Part shown: positions 11,110-20,907 of the stretch, piece by piece
Numbering within the stretch: position 1 is the stretch's first letter
Layout of the letters: the number at the start of each line of letters is the position of its first letter
Origin: a virus
Direction: 5' to 3' (one strand)
IMG/VR virus record: IMGVR_UViG_3300028394_000001
Coordinates: 64,001 to 128,000 of that record
Length of the DNA stretch: 64,000 nucleotides
Made by a program: the position numbers and the translations under genes
Notes under the pieces: model-generated
What the model was told of the DNA's origin: nothing
Seen by the model: only the letters and a program-made list of their open reading frames with translations
Databases searched by the model: none

Positions 11110-11753
11110 ATGTAAATTTGATTTCGTACTCTCAAGGAGTGGATGGTAAAAGTTTGATGGACCAGGTTGCATATGCGGCCCGTGTGTCTAATCCAGCAAA
11201 CCAAAACAACTCAGAGACTGCTGAGAAGTTGGTCAGATACTTGATTAACAACCAACACTGGTCACCGTTGGAGATGGTTTCCGTATGTCTGGAGATTGAA
11301 ACAACCCGTGACATTGCAAGGCAGATTTTGCGACACCGTTCATTTTCATTCCAAGAATTTTCTCAACGATATGCTGATGCATCACAACTTGGTTTTGAAT
11401 TGCGTGAAGCAAGATTGCAAGATACCAAAAATCGGCAAAATAGTTTGCCTAGTACAGACTTCACACTGGATGATATGTGGCAAATTCAACAAAATAAACT
11501 TTTAGAACAAGTGCAAAAAACATACAAATGGGCCCTCGACAACGGTATTGCAAAAGAACAAGCTCGCGCAGTTCTACCTGAAGGTATGACAAAATCTCGT
11601 ATGTATATGAACGGAACCTTGAGGTCTTGGGTACACTATATACAACTCCGAAGCGCAAATGGTACACAGAAAGAACATCAAGAAATAGCTCTTGCATGTG
11701 CGGCCGCAATTGAACCAATTTTCCCAATGATTATGGAGTATACAAATGAATAG
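11106..11753 (+). CDS. thyX: Flavin-dependent thymidylate synthase
   Basis: HWSPLE and RQILRHRSFSFQEFSQRY motifs. Confidence 0.96.
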   Translation: MNVNLISYSQGVDGKSLMDQVAYAARVSNPANQNNSETAEKLVRYLINNQHWSPLEMVSVCLEIETTRDIARQILRHRSFSFQEFSQRYADASQLGFELREARLQDTKNRQNSLPSTDFTLDDMWQIQQNKLLEQVQKTYKWALDNGIAKEQARAVLPEGMTKSRMYMNGTLRSWVHYIQLRSANGTQKEHQEIALACAAAIEPIFPMIMEYTNE

Positions 11754-12117
11754 TTCTGATGATGTTAAACGATTTATGGATGCCTGTGACCAAAAAGAAA
11801 CAGGATTTGGAAAACAAGCAACTCTTTATATTGCCTTAATTCGAGAAGAATTTGATGAATTGATGAATGCGTTTTTTCGCCAAAACATGGTAGACATTGC
11901 AGATGGTTGTGCTGATTTAAAATGGGTCATTGAAGGACTAGAACATACATTGAAAATTCCACAACAAGATGTTTGGAATGAAGTTGCAAGAAGTAACCTG
12001 GCGAAAATTGACGATGAAACTGGAAAAGTATTAAAAAGAAACGATGGAAAAGTCCTAAAACCTGAAGGTTGGACTCCTCCTGATATTAAAAGTATTTTGA
12101 ATAATAATAAGGAATAA
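11746..12117 (+). CDS. MazG/PRA-PH-like NTP pyrophosphohydrolase
   Basis: LIREEFDE, DGCAD, EVARSNLAK and DGKVLKPEGW motifs. Confidence 0.85.
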   Translation: MNSSDDVKRFMDACDQKETGFGKQATLYIALIREEFDELMNAFFRQNMVDIADGCADLKWVIEGLEHTLKIPQQDVWNEVARSNLAKIDDETGKVLKRNDGKVLKPEGWTPPDIKSILNNNKE

Positions 12118-12119
12118 AC

Positions 12120-13904
12120 ATGGAATACCTGGGTATAAATATAGATTTAGAAAGAGATAAACTTTTTGATGAATTAGGAATAAAAAGACTTAAAGAGTCT
12201 TACATGAAAGATGATGAAACTTCACCACAACAACGATTTGCCTTCGTTTCCGCAGCCTTCGGAACTGACTCAGCTCACGCTCAACGATTGTACGACTATT
12301 CCTCAAAACACTGGTTATCTTATTCAACTCCTATTCTATCTTATGGTCGTTCTAAAAAAGGACTTCCAATATCGTGTTTCCTCAATTTTATCGATGATAC
12401 AGCGGAGGGTCTAGTTGATAACCTATCTGAAACAAATTGGCTCTCGATGTTCGGCGGCGGTGTCGGAATCGGTTTTGGTATTCGCTCAGCGGATGATAAA
12501 TCGACTGGAGTTATGCCTCACCTTAAAATCTATGATGCATCATCTCTCGCTTATAGACAAGGTAGGACTCGTCGTGGTAGTTATGCCGCTTATCTTGATA
12601 TTTCTCATCCGGATATTACAGCTTTTCTAGAAATGCGTAAACCTACAGGCGATCCGAATGTTAGATGCCTAAACTTACACCACGGGATAAATATAACAGA
12701 TGACTTTATGCAGTTGATTGAAGACTGTATGTTGGATCCAAATGCTGACGATTCTTGGAATTTAGTAGACCCATTCAGTAAAGAAATTCGTGAAACTGTT
12801 TCAGCTAAACACCTATGGCAACAGATTCTTGAATTGCGTATGCACACGGGTGAACCATATATTCACTACATCGATACCAGCAATAGAATGCTTCCGCAGT
12901 GGTTGAAGGACAAAGGCCTAAAAGTACACCAATCTAATCTTTGTTCAGAAATCATTTTACCGACAAATAAAGAAAGAACAGCTGTTTGTTGTCTTTCTTC
13001 ATTAAATCTGGAGAACTATGATGAATGGAAAGATGAACCATTATTTCTCAGGGATGTTGCAGAAATGCTGGATAATGTTTTGCAGTATTTCATTGATAAT
13101 GCTCCTAATACAGTTCAACGTGCTAGGTATTCTGCCGAGCGTGAGCGTTCTATTGGCGTTGGCGCCTTGGGCTTTCATGCCTACCTCCAACGAAACGGAA
13201 TTGCTTTTGAAGGAGTTATGGCCAAGGTCGCAAACAATAGAATCTTTAAGTCAATAAGAGAGGGATTAGATGAAGCTAATCTCATTTTGGGAAAAGAGCG
13301 TGGTGAAGCTCCAGATGCTCTTGGTACTGGCAAGCGTTTCAGTCATCTTATGGCTATTGCTCCAAATGCTTCTTCGTCTATCATTATGCGAAACACTAGC
13401 CCTAGCATCGAGCCTTATCGTGCTAACGCTTACCGTCAGGACACTTTATCTGGATCATTTTTGAATAAGAACAGATGGCTTGATATAATAATCAAAGGAT
13501 TGACACAAACAGAAGAAGAATATAATGAAGTGTGGTCTTCTATTATTGCTAATGATGGTTCTGTCCAACATTTGAATATTTTAAATGAAAATCAAAAAGC
13601 GGTATTCAAAACATCTATGGAAATTGACCAACGCTGGGTTATTGACTTGGCTGCCGATAGACAAGTGTATATCGACCAAGCACAGTCATTGAACCTATTC
13701 TTTAGACCTGATGTTAATATCAAGTATCTCCATGCTATTCACTTTATGGCCTGGAAAAAAGGATTGAAGACATTGTACTACTGCCGTTCAGAGAAGATTG
13801 GCAAAGCTGATAAAGTTTCAAAGAGAATTGAAAGACAAGTCATCAAAGAAATTGACATGACACAAATTGCACAAGGTAACGATTGTATAGCTTGTGAAGG
13901 TTAA
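12120..13904 (+). CDS. nrdA: Ribonucleotide reductase class I alpha subunit (no ATP cone)
   Basis: PISCF, catalytic SNLCSE, APNASSS, KTLYY and C-terminal CIACEG. Confidence 0.96.
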   Translation: MEYLGINIDLERDKLFDELGIKRLKESYMKDDETSPQQRFAFVSAAFGTDSAHAQRLYDYSSKHWLSYSTPILSYGRSKKGLPISCFLNFIDDTAEGLVDNLSETNWLSMFGGGVGIGFGIRSADDKSTGVMPHLKIYDASSLAYRQGRTRRGSYAAYLDISHPDITAFLEMRKPTGDPNVRCLNLHHGINITDDFMQLIEDCMLDPNADDSWNLVDPFSKEIRETVSAKHLWQQILELRMHTGEPYIHYIDTSNRMLPQWLKDKGLKVHQSNLCSEIILPTNKERTAVCCLSSLNLENYDEWKDEPLFLRDVAEMLDNVLQYFIDNAPNTVQRARYSAERERSIGVGALGFHAYLQRNGIAFEGVMAKVANNRIFKSIREGLDEANLILGKERGEAPDALGTGKRFSHLMAIAPNASSSIIMRNTSPSIEPYRANAYRQDTLSGSFLNKNRWLDIIIKGLTQTEEEYNEVWSSIIANDGSVQHLNILNENQKAVFKTSMEIDQRWVIDLAADRQVYIDQAQSLNLFFRPDVNIKYLHAIHFMAWKKGLKTLYYCRSEKIGKADKVSKRIERQVIKEIDMTQIAQGNDCIACEG

Positions 13905-13906
13905 TT

Positions 13907-14152
13907 ATGTTTGAGTATATACTGACATTTTTTGCTGTATTTTTTACCGACATATTTTATACTTACTATTTGAAATCGGTACAAGAAGAAAAAGTAATTA
14001 ATGCCAGTATATGGGCTTCTATAGTTTTCGTTATTGCTTGTGTTGCAGTTATAAATTATACAGTTGACCATTGGTTATTAATTCCCGCCGGTGCAGGTGC
14101 ATTTTGTGGTACTTTCGTTGGTATGATTTTAAGACGGAGATTAATAAAATGA
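13907..14152 (+). CDS. Small membrane protein (3 TM)
   Basis: Hydrophobic segments; GAFCGTFVG. Confidence 0.65.
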   Translation: MFEYILTFFAVFFTDIFYTYYLKSVQEEKVINASIWASIVFVIACVAVINYTVDHWLLIPAGAGAFCGTFVGMILRRRLIK

Positions 14153-14793
14153 AAACTATAGCTCTATTCCAAGATGACCGAAATAAAGAATCACTATCTT
14201 GTGTTGATGGTGTGATTGAAGCACTGTCACCACATTTTAATATTAAAATCTTTAAAAAAGAACAATGTACAGAAGAAACATTTGAGGGTGTTGATATGTT
14301 GGCATTTCCTGGAGGTGTTGGTGATGCAGATGATTATTTTCATATGTTTCCTAGGAAAAGAGCAAACGCAGTAGCTAAATTTGTTGAAAATGGTGGCGCA
14401 TATCTTGGTATATGTGTTGGTGCTTATTGGGCTGGTCCAAACTATTTTGACATCTTAAAAGGTGCAGAACCTGTACAATATATCAAAAGGCCTACCGCCG
14501 ATATTATGAGAAGTTTTAACATTGCTGCACATTGTATGTGGGAAGGTGAAGAAGAACAAATATTCTTCCGTGACGGCTGTACGTTTGTAGGAGACCTTAG
14601 TCATTCAGAAATAGTAAGCACATATTATAATAAAGAACCAATGTGTATTAGACAAGGTAAAATTGGTGTTATGGGTGCCTGTTTAGACTCTTTGGAATGG
14701 TGGTATGATAACAAGAAATTAAAACAATATTGGCATGAAGGCAGACACCATAAGTTATTATTGGAATTTGTTAATAAATTAACGGAGAAATAA
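14149..14793 (+). CDS. BPL_N / class I glutamine amidotransferase-like protein
   Basis: FPGG and GGAYLGICVGAY nucleophile elbow. Confidence 0.8.
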   Translation: MKTIALFQDDRNKESLSCVDGVIEALSPHFNIKIFKKEQCTEETFEGVDMLAFPGGVGDADDYFHMFPRKRANAVAKFVENGGAYLGICVGAYWAGPNYFDILKGAEPVQYIKRPTADIMRSFNIAAHCMWEGEEEQIFFRDGCTFVGDLSHSEIVSTYYNKEPMCIRQGKIGVMGACLDSLEWWYDNKKLKQYWHEGRHHKLLLEFVNKLTEK

Positions 14794-14794
14794 A

Positions 14795-15040
14795 ATGAAA
14801 AGAATTTTAAGATTTACCGCAGAGTGGTGCAGACCTTGTAAATCATTGGCTGCTATTTTGGAAGATGTTAAAGGAGATACCTTAATTGAGGTAATTGATA
14901 TTGACAAATATTCCGATATTGCAGTTGAGTTTGGTATTAGGTCTGTGCCGACTCTTGTAATGATGAATGAAAATATTGAAGTTAAGAGAATGACCGGTTT
15001 GAAAACTAAGAACGATTTGGAAATTTGGTTAACAACATAA
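14795..15040 (+). CDS. Thioredoxin
   Basis: WCRPC and cis-Pro SVPT. Confidence 0.92.
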   Translation: MKRILRFTAEWCRPCKSLAAILEDVKGDTLIEVIDIDKYSDIAVEFGIRSVPTLVMMNENIEVKRMTGLKTKNDLEIWLTT

Positions 15041-15049
15041 ATTTAAAAA

Positions 15050-15814
15050 ATGCAAAAGACATATAGAAGTATATTCATTTCAGATGTTCACTTAGGAACC
15101 AAAGATTGCCAAGCAGATAAATTGAATAACTTTTTAAAACATAATACCTGCGACACTCTTTATCTTGTGGGTGACATTATTGATGCATGGAGAATACAAC
15201 AAAATAAGTGGCGTTGGAAACAAAGCCATACAAATGTTGTCCGTAGAATTCTCGGCCATGCCAAGCGGGGTACAAAAGTAATTTATGTAGCTGGAAACCA
15301 TGATGAATTTTTAAGACCTATGATTCCCTATGGATTCAGTTTTGGTCTAATTGAAATACATAATCAAATAGAACATATTGGTGCTGACGGTAAACATTAT
15401 CTTGTTGTACATGGAGATTTATTTGATGGAATTACCAGACTAGCTCCTTGGTTAGCATTCTTGGGTGATAGAGCATATGATTTGATTTTGAGTCTAAATT
15501 CCAAATTCAATTGGTTTAGACACAAGTTTGGATTTGGTTATTGGAGTTTAAGTCAGTATTTAAAACAACGTGTTAAAAAAGCTGTTGACTTTATATTTAA
15601 GTTTGAGTATAATCTATCCAACTACTGTAAGAAGCGTGGATATGATGGCATAATTTGTGGCCACATCCACAAAGCTGAAATTAAAGATATTAATGGTATT
15701 GTATACATGAACGATGGTGATTGGGTGGAAAGTTGTACTGCACTGGTTGAACATCATGATGGTAAGTGGGAAATAATCACTTGGACAAAAGGATCAGATG
15801 ATGTTGAGCAATAA
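15050..15814 (+). CDS. LpxH-like metallophosphoesterase (UDP-2,3-diacylglucosamine hydrolase family)
   Basis: SDVHLG, GDIID, GNHD, HGD, CGHIH and NDGDWVE motifs. Confidence 0.85.
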   Translation: MQKTYRSIFISDVHLGTKDCQADKLNNFLKHNTCDTLYLVGDIIDAWRIQQNKWRWKQSHTNVVRRILGHAKRGTKVIYVAGNHDEFLRPMIPYGFSFGLIEIHNQIEHIGADGKHYLVVHGDLFDGITRLAPWLAFLGDRAYDLILSLNSKFNWFRHKFGFGYWSLSQYLKQRVKKAVDFIFKFEYNLSNYCKKRGYDGIICGHIHKAEIKDINGIVYMNDGDWVESCTALVEHHDGKWEIITWTKGSDDVEQ

Positions 15815-16508
15815 AATAACAATCGTTATTCCTTGCAAGAATGAAGAAAAATACATAGGGTGGTTATTATTACAATTACGCAATCAACTGATAGGCAGTA
15901 CAAGAATTATAATTGCAGATTGCTCTACTGACAATACTCGTAAAGTTATTGAATCCACCAAAGGAAGATTGAATGTTGAGATTATTGATGGTGGTCCAGT
16001 TAGTATTGCTAAAAACAATGGAGCCAAGTTAGTAACTACTCCGTACATCTTGTTTATCGATGCGGATGTTCGTTTCTTTAATATCGATACTATTCGTGAC
16101 GTAGTTGATGAAATGGAATCCCACAATCTAGATTTAATCGGATTGTACGCAAAGTGTTATGATAGTGATATAAGAGCACAGATTGGGTTTATGTTATTCA
16201 ACTTTGTAAATCGCATTATGAGTTACAAAGTTCCTTTTGCTGTTGGTGCATTTATGTTAACTCGCCGAGATAAGTTTGAAGAATTCGGTGGCTTTGCTGA
16301 AAATTATGGAACAAGCGAAGACTTCTTTCTGTCGAAGAAATATGATACAAAGAAGTTTAAATTGGTCAATCATTATGTTGGACAAGATAGTAGAAGATTT
16401 CAAAAAATGGGATACTTTGGTATGGCCTGGTACCTAATCAAGAATTTTTGGAATAGAAATAATAAAGAATACTGGAATAAAATAGACCATTCAAAATATT
16501 GGAATTAA
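15798..16508 (+). CDS. Glycosyltransferase family 2
   Basis: IVIPCKNEE, DCSTDNT, DxD (FIDAD) and ED motifs. Confidence 0.9.
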   Translation: MMLSNKITIVIPCKNEEKYIGWLLLQLRNQLIGSTRIIIADCSTDNTRKVIESTKGRLNVEIIDGGPVSIAKNNGAKLVTTPYILFIDADVRFFNIDTIRDVVDEMESHNLDLIGLYAKCYDSDIRAQIGFMLFNFVNRIMSYKVPFAVGAFMLTRRDKFEEFGGFAENYGTSEDFFLSKKYDTKKFKLVNHYVGQDSRRFQKMGYFGMAWYLIKNFWNRNNKEYWNKIDHSKYWN

Positions 16509-16520
16509 AGAAAGAAAAAA

Positions 16521-17507
16521 ATGATTAAAAAAACAAACCAAGACGTTACACAAGAACGTACATACTTTAAACCATTCAACTACGCCTGGGCATATGATGC
16601 ATGGTTGAAACATGAACAATCACATTGGTTGCATACAGAAGTTCCAATGATGGAAGATGTTAAAGATTGGAAGAAAAAACTATCAACGGAAGAAAAACAA
16701 TTTCTAACACACATTTTTAGATTTTTCACACAAGGTGATATTGATGTTGCTGGTGGTTATGTAAACAACTACTTGCCATATTTTCCACAACCTGAAATGC
16801 GTATGATGTTGTTAGGCTTTGCTGCTCGTGAAGCTCTACACGTTGCTGCTTATTCACACTTAATTGAAACACTTGGTCTACCGGAAACAACCTATAATGA
16901 ATTCTCTGAATATGCTGAAATGCGTGAGAAACATGATTATGTAATCGACATATCTAAACAAAATACAACTAAACAAAATACTGCAACACACATAGCTGTA
17001 TTCTCCGCATTCACCGAAGGTATGCAGTTGTTTTCCTCATTCATCATGTTATTGAATTTTCCCCGTCATGGTAAAATGAAAGGCATGGGCCAGATTGTTA
17101 CTTGGTCTATTGTCGATGAAACGCAACACGCAGAGAATATGATTAAATTGTTTAGAACATACATAGGTGAGAATCCAGAAATCTGGAATGATGAACTAAA
17201 ATCTCGCATCTACACTATCGCAGAAAAGATGGTTGAACTTGAAGATAAGTTTATTGATTTAGCTTTTAACATGGGTGCTATGGAAGGTCTATCTGCGGAA
17301 GATGTTAAGAAATATATTCGTTACATTGCTGACCGTAGATTGATTTCATTGAGTTTGAAAGGTATTTTTAAAGTTAAGAAAAACCCACTACCATGGGTTG
17401 AAGAAATGATTAATGCACCAACGCATACAAACTTCTTTGAGAATAGAGCAACCGACTATGCAAAGGGTGCTTTGTCTGGAGATTGGGGTGATGTGTGGGC
17501 AAACTAA
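16521..17507 (+). CDS. nrdB: Ribonucleotide reductase beta subunit
   Basis: EALHVAAY, EGMQLFSSF, DETQH and NFFE motifs. Confidence 0.96.
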   Translation: MIKKTNQDVTQERTYFKPFNYAWAYDAWLKHEQSHWLHTEVPMMEDVKDWKKKLSTEEKQFLTHIFRFFTQGDIDVAGGYVNNYLPYFPQPEMRMMLLGFAAREALHVAAYSHLIETLGLPETTYNEFSEYAEMREKHDYVIDISKQNTTKQNTATHIAVFSAFTEGMQLFSSFIMLLNFPRHGKMKGMGQIVTWSIVDETQHAENMIKLFRTYIGENPEIWNDELKSRIYTIAEKMVELEDKFIDLAFNMGAMEGLSAEDVKKYIRYIADRRLISLSLKGIFKVKKNPLPWVEEMINAPTHTNFFENRATDYAKGALSGDWGDVWAN

Positions 17508-17528
17508 CAACAAAAATGGGAGATAAAA

Positions 17529-17717
17529 ATGAAAAACAAGATAGTATCAGGAGAATGTCTAAGTTGTGAATCAACTTATGAAGTTGAGTTTTATGAGGAA
17601 CTAACCTCACAAGAAATGCCAGAGTTTTGTCCATTTTGTGGTGAACCCATCGAAGAATTATCCGAAGAATATATAGAGGATGATGACATTGATGAAGATG
17701 ACTTAAAATGGGAATAA
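17529..17717 (+). CDS. Small Zn-ribbon protein with an acidic tail
   Basis: CLSC...CPFCG. Confidence 0.75.
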   Translation: MKNKIVSGECLSCESTYEVEFYEELTSQEMPEFCPFCGEPIEELSEEYIEDDDIDEDDLKWE

Positions 17718-18139
17718 ACTGGTTATATAAAGACTCAGACTTTGTAGAAGATTTGATTGGAGATAGTTACGGGTTTGTTTACATAATAACAAACCTAGAA
17801 ACAAATAGAAAATACATTGGTAAGAAACTTTTCTATTTCTCCAAAACAAAACAAGTAAAAGGTAAAAGAAAAAAATATAAAGTGGCTAGCGATTGGCCAA
17901 CTTATTATGGTAGCAGTGAAGAATTACAAAAAGATGTTGAGCTCTATGGAAAAGATAAATTCAAAAGAGAAATACTACATCTATGTAAATCAAAAGGTGA
18001 ATGTAGTTATCTTGAAGCAAAAGAACAATTTGCACACAAGGTTATGGAGAGTGATGAATATTACAATAGCTGGATTATGGTTAGGGTAAGAAAATCACAT
18101 ATTAAGGATTATAATGCTAGACTACTTAAAGAAATTTGA
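17708..18139 (+). CDS. GIY-YIG endonuclease (endonuclease II / DenA-like)
   Basis: GFVYIITN...KYIGKK, YYGSS and YYN motifs. Confidence 0.85.
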   Translation: MGINWLYKDSDFVEDLIGDSYGFVYIITNLETNRKYIGKKLFYFSKTKQVKGKRKKYKVASDWPTYYGSSEELQKDVELYGKDKFKREILHLCKSKGECSYLEAKEQFAHKVMESDEYYNSWIMVRVRKSHIKDYNARLLKEI

Positions 18140-18455
18140 TAAGGCAAATTTTCATACGTTTATGTTTTTACCCGGTGAAGAAGAAGATTCTTTACACATT
18201 GAAGTTAATGAATTAAAAGAAGCTGGTGAAAAAGTTTCGGGTAGTGTTTTAGGTGATTGTTATGATGTTATAATATTCAAAGAAACCGAAGATGGTGACA
18301 TTGATAACTTGGAAAGATTTGATGCAATCCTTGCAGCTCCGTTGGAATATATGTCCATGTTGATACCTTTGGATTTTTATGGTGTAATTTGTAAAAAAAC
18401 AACAACATCTGGTAAACTTATGGATGGAATATTTGACAAATTTCAAGAAACGTGA
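18114..18455 (+). CDS. Hypothetical acidic protein
   Basis: ORF in operon context. Confidence 0.6.
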   Translation: MLDYLKKFDKANFHTFMFLPGEEEDSLHIEVNELKEAGEKVSGSVLGDCYDVIIFKETEDGDIDNLERFDAILAAPLEYMSMLIPLDFYGVICKKTTTSGKLMDGIFDKFQET

Positions 18456-18461
18456 TATAGT
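18433..18461 (+). promoter_or_regulatory. sigma70-type promoter for rnh
   Basis: TTGACA-17 nt-TATAGT with an extended TG. Confidence 0.7.
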
Positions 18462-18487
18462 GTAGTTTTATAACTTATGGATTTATA

Positions 18488-19348
18488 ATGATTCTCGTTG
18501 ACCTGAACCAGGTTCTTTTAGCCGGACTAATGGCACAATTGTCAAATCAAAAAGGAGTTAAGTTAGAAGAAGACTTAATTCGCCACTTGGTCTTGAATAT
18601 CCTTAGGATGCACCTAAAGACTTTCCGTAACGAATACGGAGAAGTTGTACTCTGTTGTGACAACCGCAAATATTGGCGTAAGGAGTTCTTTCCATTCTAC
18701 AAGGCGGGCCGTAAAGCAACCCGTGAAAAGTCTGCACTAGATTGGCATCTGATTTTTGAATTGTTGACCAAGCTCAAACAAGAACTGAAAGAAAACTTTC
18801 CTTACAAGGTTATTGATGTTGACGGAGCAGAAGCTGATGACATTATTGGTACACTTGCACCAAGATATGCAGCACATCAAAAAGTATTGATTTTATCCAG
18901 TGACGGAGATTTTCTCCAGTTGCAACAATACGGACCAAATATTAAACAATACAATCCATCACAAAAGAAATTTATCAAATCACAAAACCCGTTGGTTGAG
19001 TTAAAAGAGAAAATCATTCGCGGTGATAAAGGTGACGGCATTCCAAACATCTTTTCATCCTCAGACTGTTTTGTCCGCGGTATTCGGCAAAAGAGTATTT
19101 CAGAAGATAAATTGAATAAACTGTTAAAAGAAGATATGGTTCAAACCAGTGACTTGATTGACAGTAATGCTTTAACGGGGTTCTCACGCAATAAGACCTT
19201 AATTGACCTTACTTGCATACCTGTTGAAATTAAAGAGAAAATCATAAATACTTATGATGAATCTAAACCCGCATCTAAACAAAAGATGTTTAACTATTTT
19301 ATTCAGTACAAGCTGAAAAATTTAATGGAAGTAATTGAGGACTTTTAA
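18488..19348 (+). CDS. rnh: T4 RNase H (5'-3' flap exonuclease)
   Basis: YWRK..FPFYK, EADDII, SSDGDFLQL and GDKGDGIPN motifs. Confidence 0.93.
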   Translation: MILVDLNQVLLAGLMAQLSNQKGVKLEEDLIRHLVLNILRMHLKTFRNEYGEVVLCCDNRKYWRKEFFPFYKAGRKATREKSALDWHLIFELLTKLKQELKENFPYKVIDVDGAEADDIIGTLAPRYAAHQKVLILSSDGDFLQLQQYGPNIKQYNPSQKKFIKSQNPLVELKEKIIRGDKGDGIPNIFSSSDCFVRGIRQKSISEDKLNKLLKEDMVQTSDLIDSNALTGFSRNKTLIDLTCIPVEIKEKIINTYDESKPASKQKMFNYFIQYKLKNLMEVIEDF

Positions 19349-19770
19349 TGAAAAATGTATATGAAATTTTTGATGAATTTGAACTTGCTGTAACTAATCA
19401 ACAACGAATGGATGTAATTGGAAAAAATCTATCCAAAGTATTGACCGAAGTGTTGAAATTGGGATTTCATCCAGGACCACAATGGTATTTTAATGATATG
19501 CCTGATGGATATGTAATAAAGAATGTTCCAGCAGGAATGAGTTACTCAAGTCTTTCGACTGAAATGCGGAAACTTTACATGTTTCAAAAAGGCAATGAAA
19601 CAGCTGATAAACTAACAGATAAAAAGCGTGAACAGCTTTTAGTTGAGTTTTTGCAGAATTTGGAACCCCGTGAAGCAGAAGTTGTCATGGGTATTTTTAG
19701 AAAAGATTTTGGTGTAAAAGGACTTAATTACAAGTTCATTAAATCGGCTTTCCCGGCAATGTTGCCATAA
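19348..19770 (+). CDS. Conserved T4-like protein (DUF6433-like)
   Basis: KREQL..FLQNL.P.EAE...AFP pattern; usual position after rnh. Confidence 0.7.
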   Translation: MKNVYEIFDEFELAVTNQQRMDVIGKNLSKVLTEVLKLGFHPGPQWYFNDMPDGYVIKNVPAGMSYSSLSTEMRKLYMFQKGNETADKLTDKKREQLLVEFLQNLEPREAEVVMGIFRKDFGVKGLNYKFIKSAFPAMLP

Positions 19771-19785
19771 CTATAGGAGTTTTAG

Positions 19786-19965
19786 GTGTCAAAAGATGTA
19801 GAGAAGTTTCGCAAAGATAGAAACTACAACGAAGATTATGGTTTTGAAAAAAACCAATATGATAAGCGTAAAAAGCGAGACAAACAAAAGAGTTTTACTA
19901 GACAATCCCAATTTGATAAGTACGAAACCGATTGGGGTGCCGATAAAATGAAATTTAGACGTTAA
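19786..19965 (+). CDS. Small charged hypothetical protein (59 aa, below ORF-track cutoff)
   Basis: AGGAG RBS and GTG start; reads (M)SKDVEKFRKDRNYNEDYG... Confidence 0.55.
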   Translation: MSKDVEKFRKDRNYNEDYGFEKNQYDKRKKRDKQKSFTRQSQFDKYETDWGADKMKFRR

Positions 19966-19966
19966 G

Positions 19967-20019
19967 TGTTGTATTAAAACAACAAAAAACTTGACAATTA
20001 CTTGAAAGTTCTGTATAAT
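19967..20019 (+). promoter_or_regulatory. Early sigma70 promoter with an upstream palindrome TGTTG-N8-CAACA
   Basis: TTGACA 19991-96, 17-nt spacer, TATAAT 20014-19; palindrome at 19967-84. Confidence 0.85.
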
Positions 20020-20043
20020 GTGAATCTTGTACGGAAATATATT

Positions 20044-20388
20044 ATGTTTATCCACTGTAAAGTTCCCAAATCTAAAAAACGCAAAGTGCCTAAGAACCAA
20101 CAGGCACAGTATGAAGAATGGCTCAAATCCATCGAGGATATGAAGCCTAAGTCATTAAGTAAATACTCAAAAACAATGGAAATCAAAACTCCTGTTGTGG
20201 CCAGTGTTTATGTCCGCGAAACGGCTAAATTTAAGTCATTGGATACGGGACCAGGTGATGCAACTAAAGCTCCAGCTAAAATATACACTGGAAATATGGT
20301 CAAAGGGATTGCAACAATGCATAAATCTAATGCCGTACCTGTTTTTACTGATGAGCAAGCAAAAGACATTTCAAGTATGAGGCGTTAA
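20044..20388 (+). CDS. Conserved T4-like hypothetical protein
   Basis: YTG...KGIATMHKSNAVPV motif. Confidence 0.7.
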   Translation: MFIHCKVPKSKKRKVPKNQQAQYEEWLKSIEDMKPKSLSKYSKTMEIKTPVVASVYVRETAKFKSLDTGPGDATKAPAKIYTGNMVKGIATMHKSNAVPVFTDEQAKDISSMRR

Positions 20389-20665
20389 CATGAAAAAACT
20401 CAATTTTACACTAAAACTAGCACGTCCGCACTGCCGGACTCCCATAAAACCCGTGCAAAAGCACAAAATTGTGTCAGAGCACGACCGGAAAGTCAAACAT
20501 CCGCAGAAACTGTCACGAATTCTTCTCGGAGAGCAATAAAAATGACAGAAAATACAGAAATTGACAATAATAAACCAAAATTCACTGAGGAATCACTAAA
20601 TGAGCTCAATCAAGCTGTCCGTCGATGGGCTGTTATGACACAATTTGAACAGGATCAAGAAAATT

Positions 20666-20881
20666 ATGAACAACTACGACAATATACCAACTGAAAACAC
20701 TTGGATTACATACATTCAAGAAGCCGAAGACGGATCCGGCGATGGAATTCTGACTTTTCCACCAGAGTTAATCGAAAAAATGGGTTGGAAAGAAGGAACA
20801 ACACTACACCTAGAGGTGAACGAACAAGGCACACTAATTATTACTGATAAAAGCTTGACAAATAACGAAAATAGTGTATAA
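20666..20881 (+). CDS. AbrB/MazE/SpoVT-like DNA-binding protein
   Basis: DGILTFPPELIEKMGWKEGTTLHLEV. Confidence 0.7.
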   Translation: MNNYDNIPTENTWITYIQEAEDGSGDGILTFPPELIEKMGWKEGTTLHLEVNEQGTLIITDKSLTNNENSV

Positions 20882-20882
20882 T
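20855..20882 (+). promoter_or_regulatory. sigma70 early promoter
   Basis: TTGACA-16 nt-TATAAT. Confidence 0.75.
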
Positions 20883-20907
20883 ACATACATTATCTTTAGG
20901 AAATACC

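Noticed and set aside
12120-18139. Introns, inteins or a homing endonuclease in the nrd region
   Set aside because: nrdA and nrdB are uninterrupted and of compact length; the short GIY-YIG gene fits the endonuclease II type.
20390-20539. 49-aa basic ORF with HDRKVKH, considered as an ArfA-like ribosome rescue factor
   Set aside because: It lacks the KKGKGS motif; similarity is too weak, though it is probably a real small gene.
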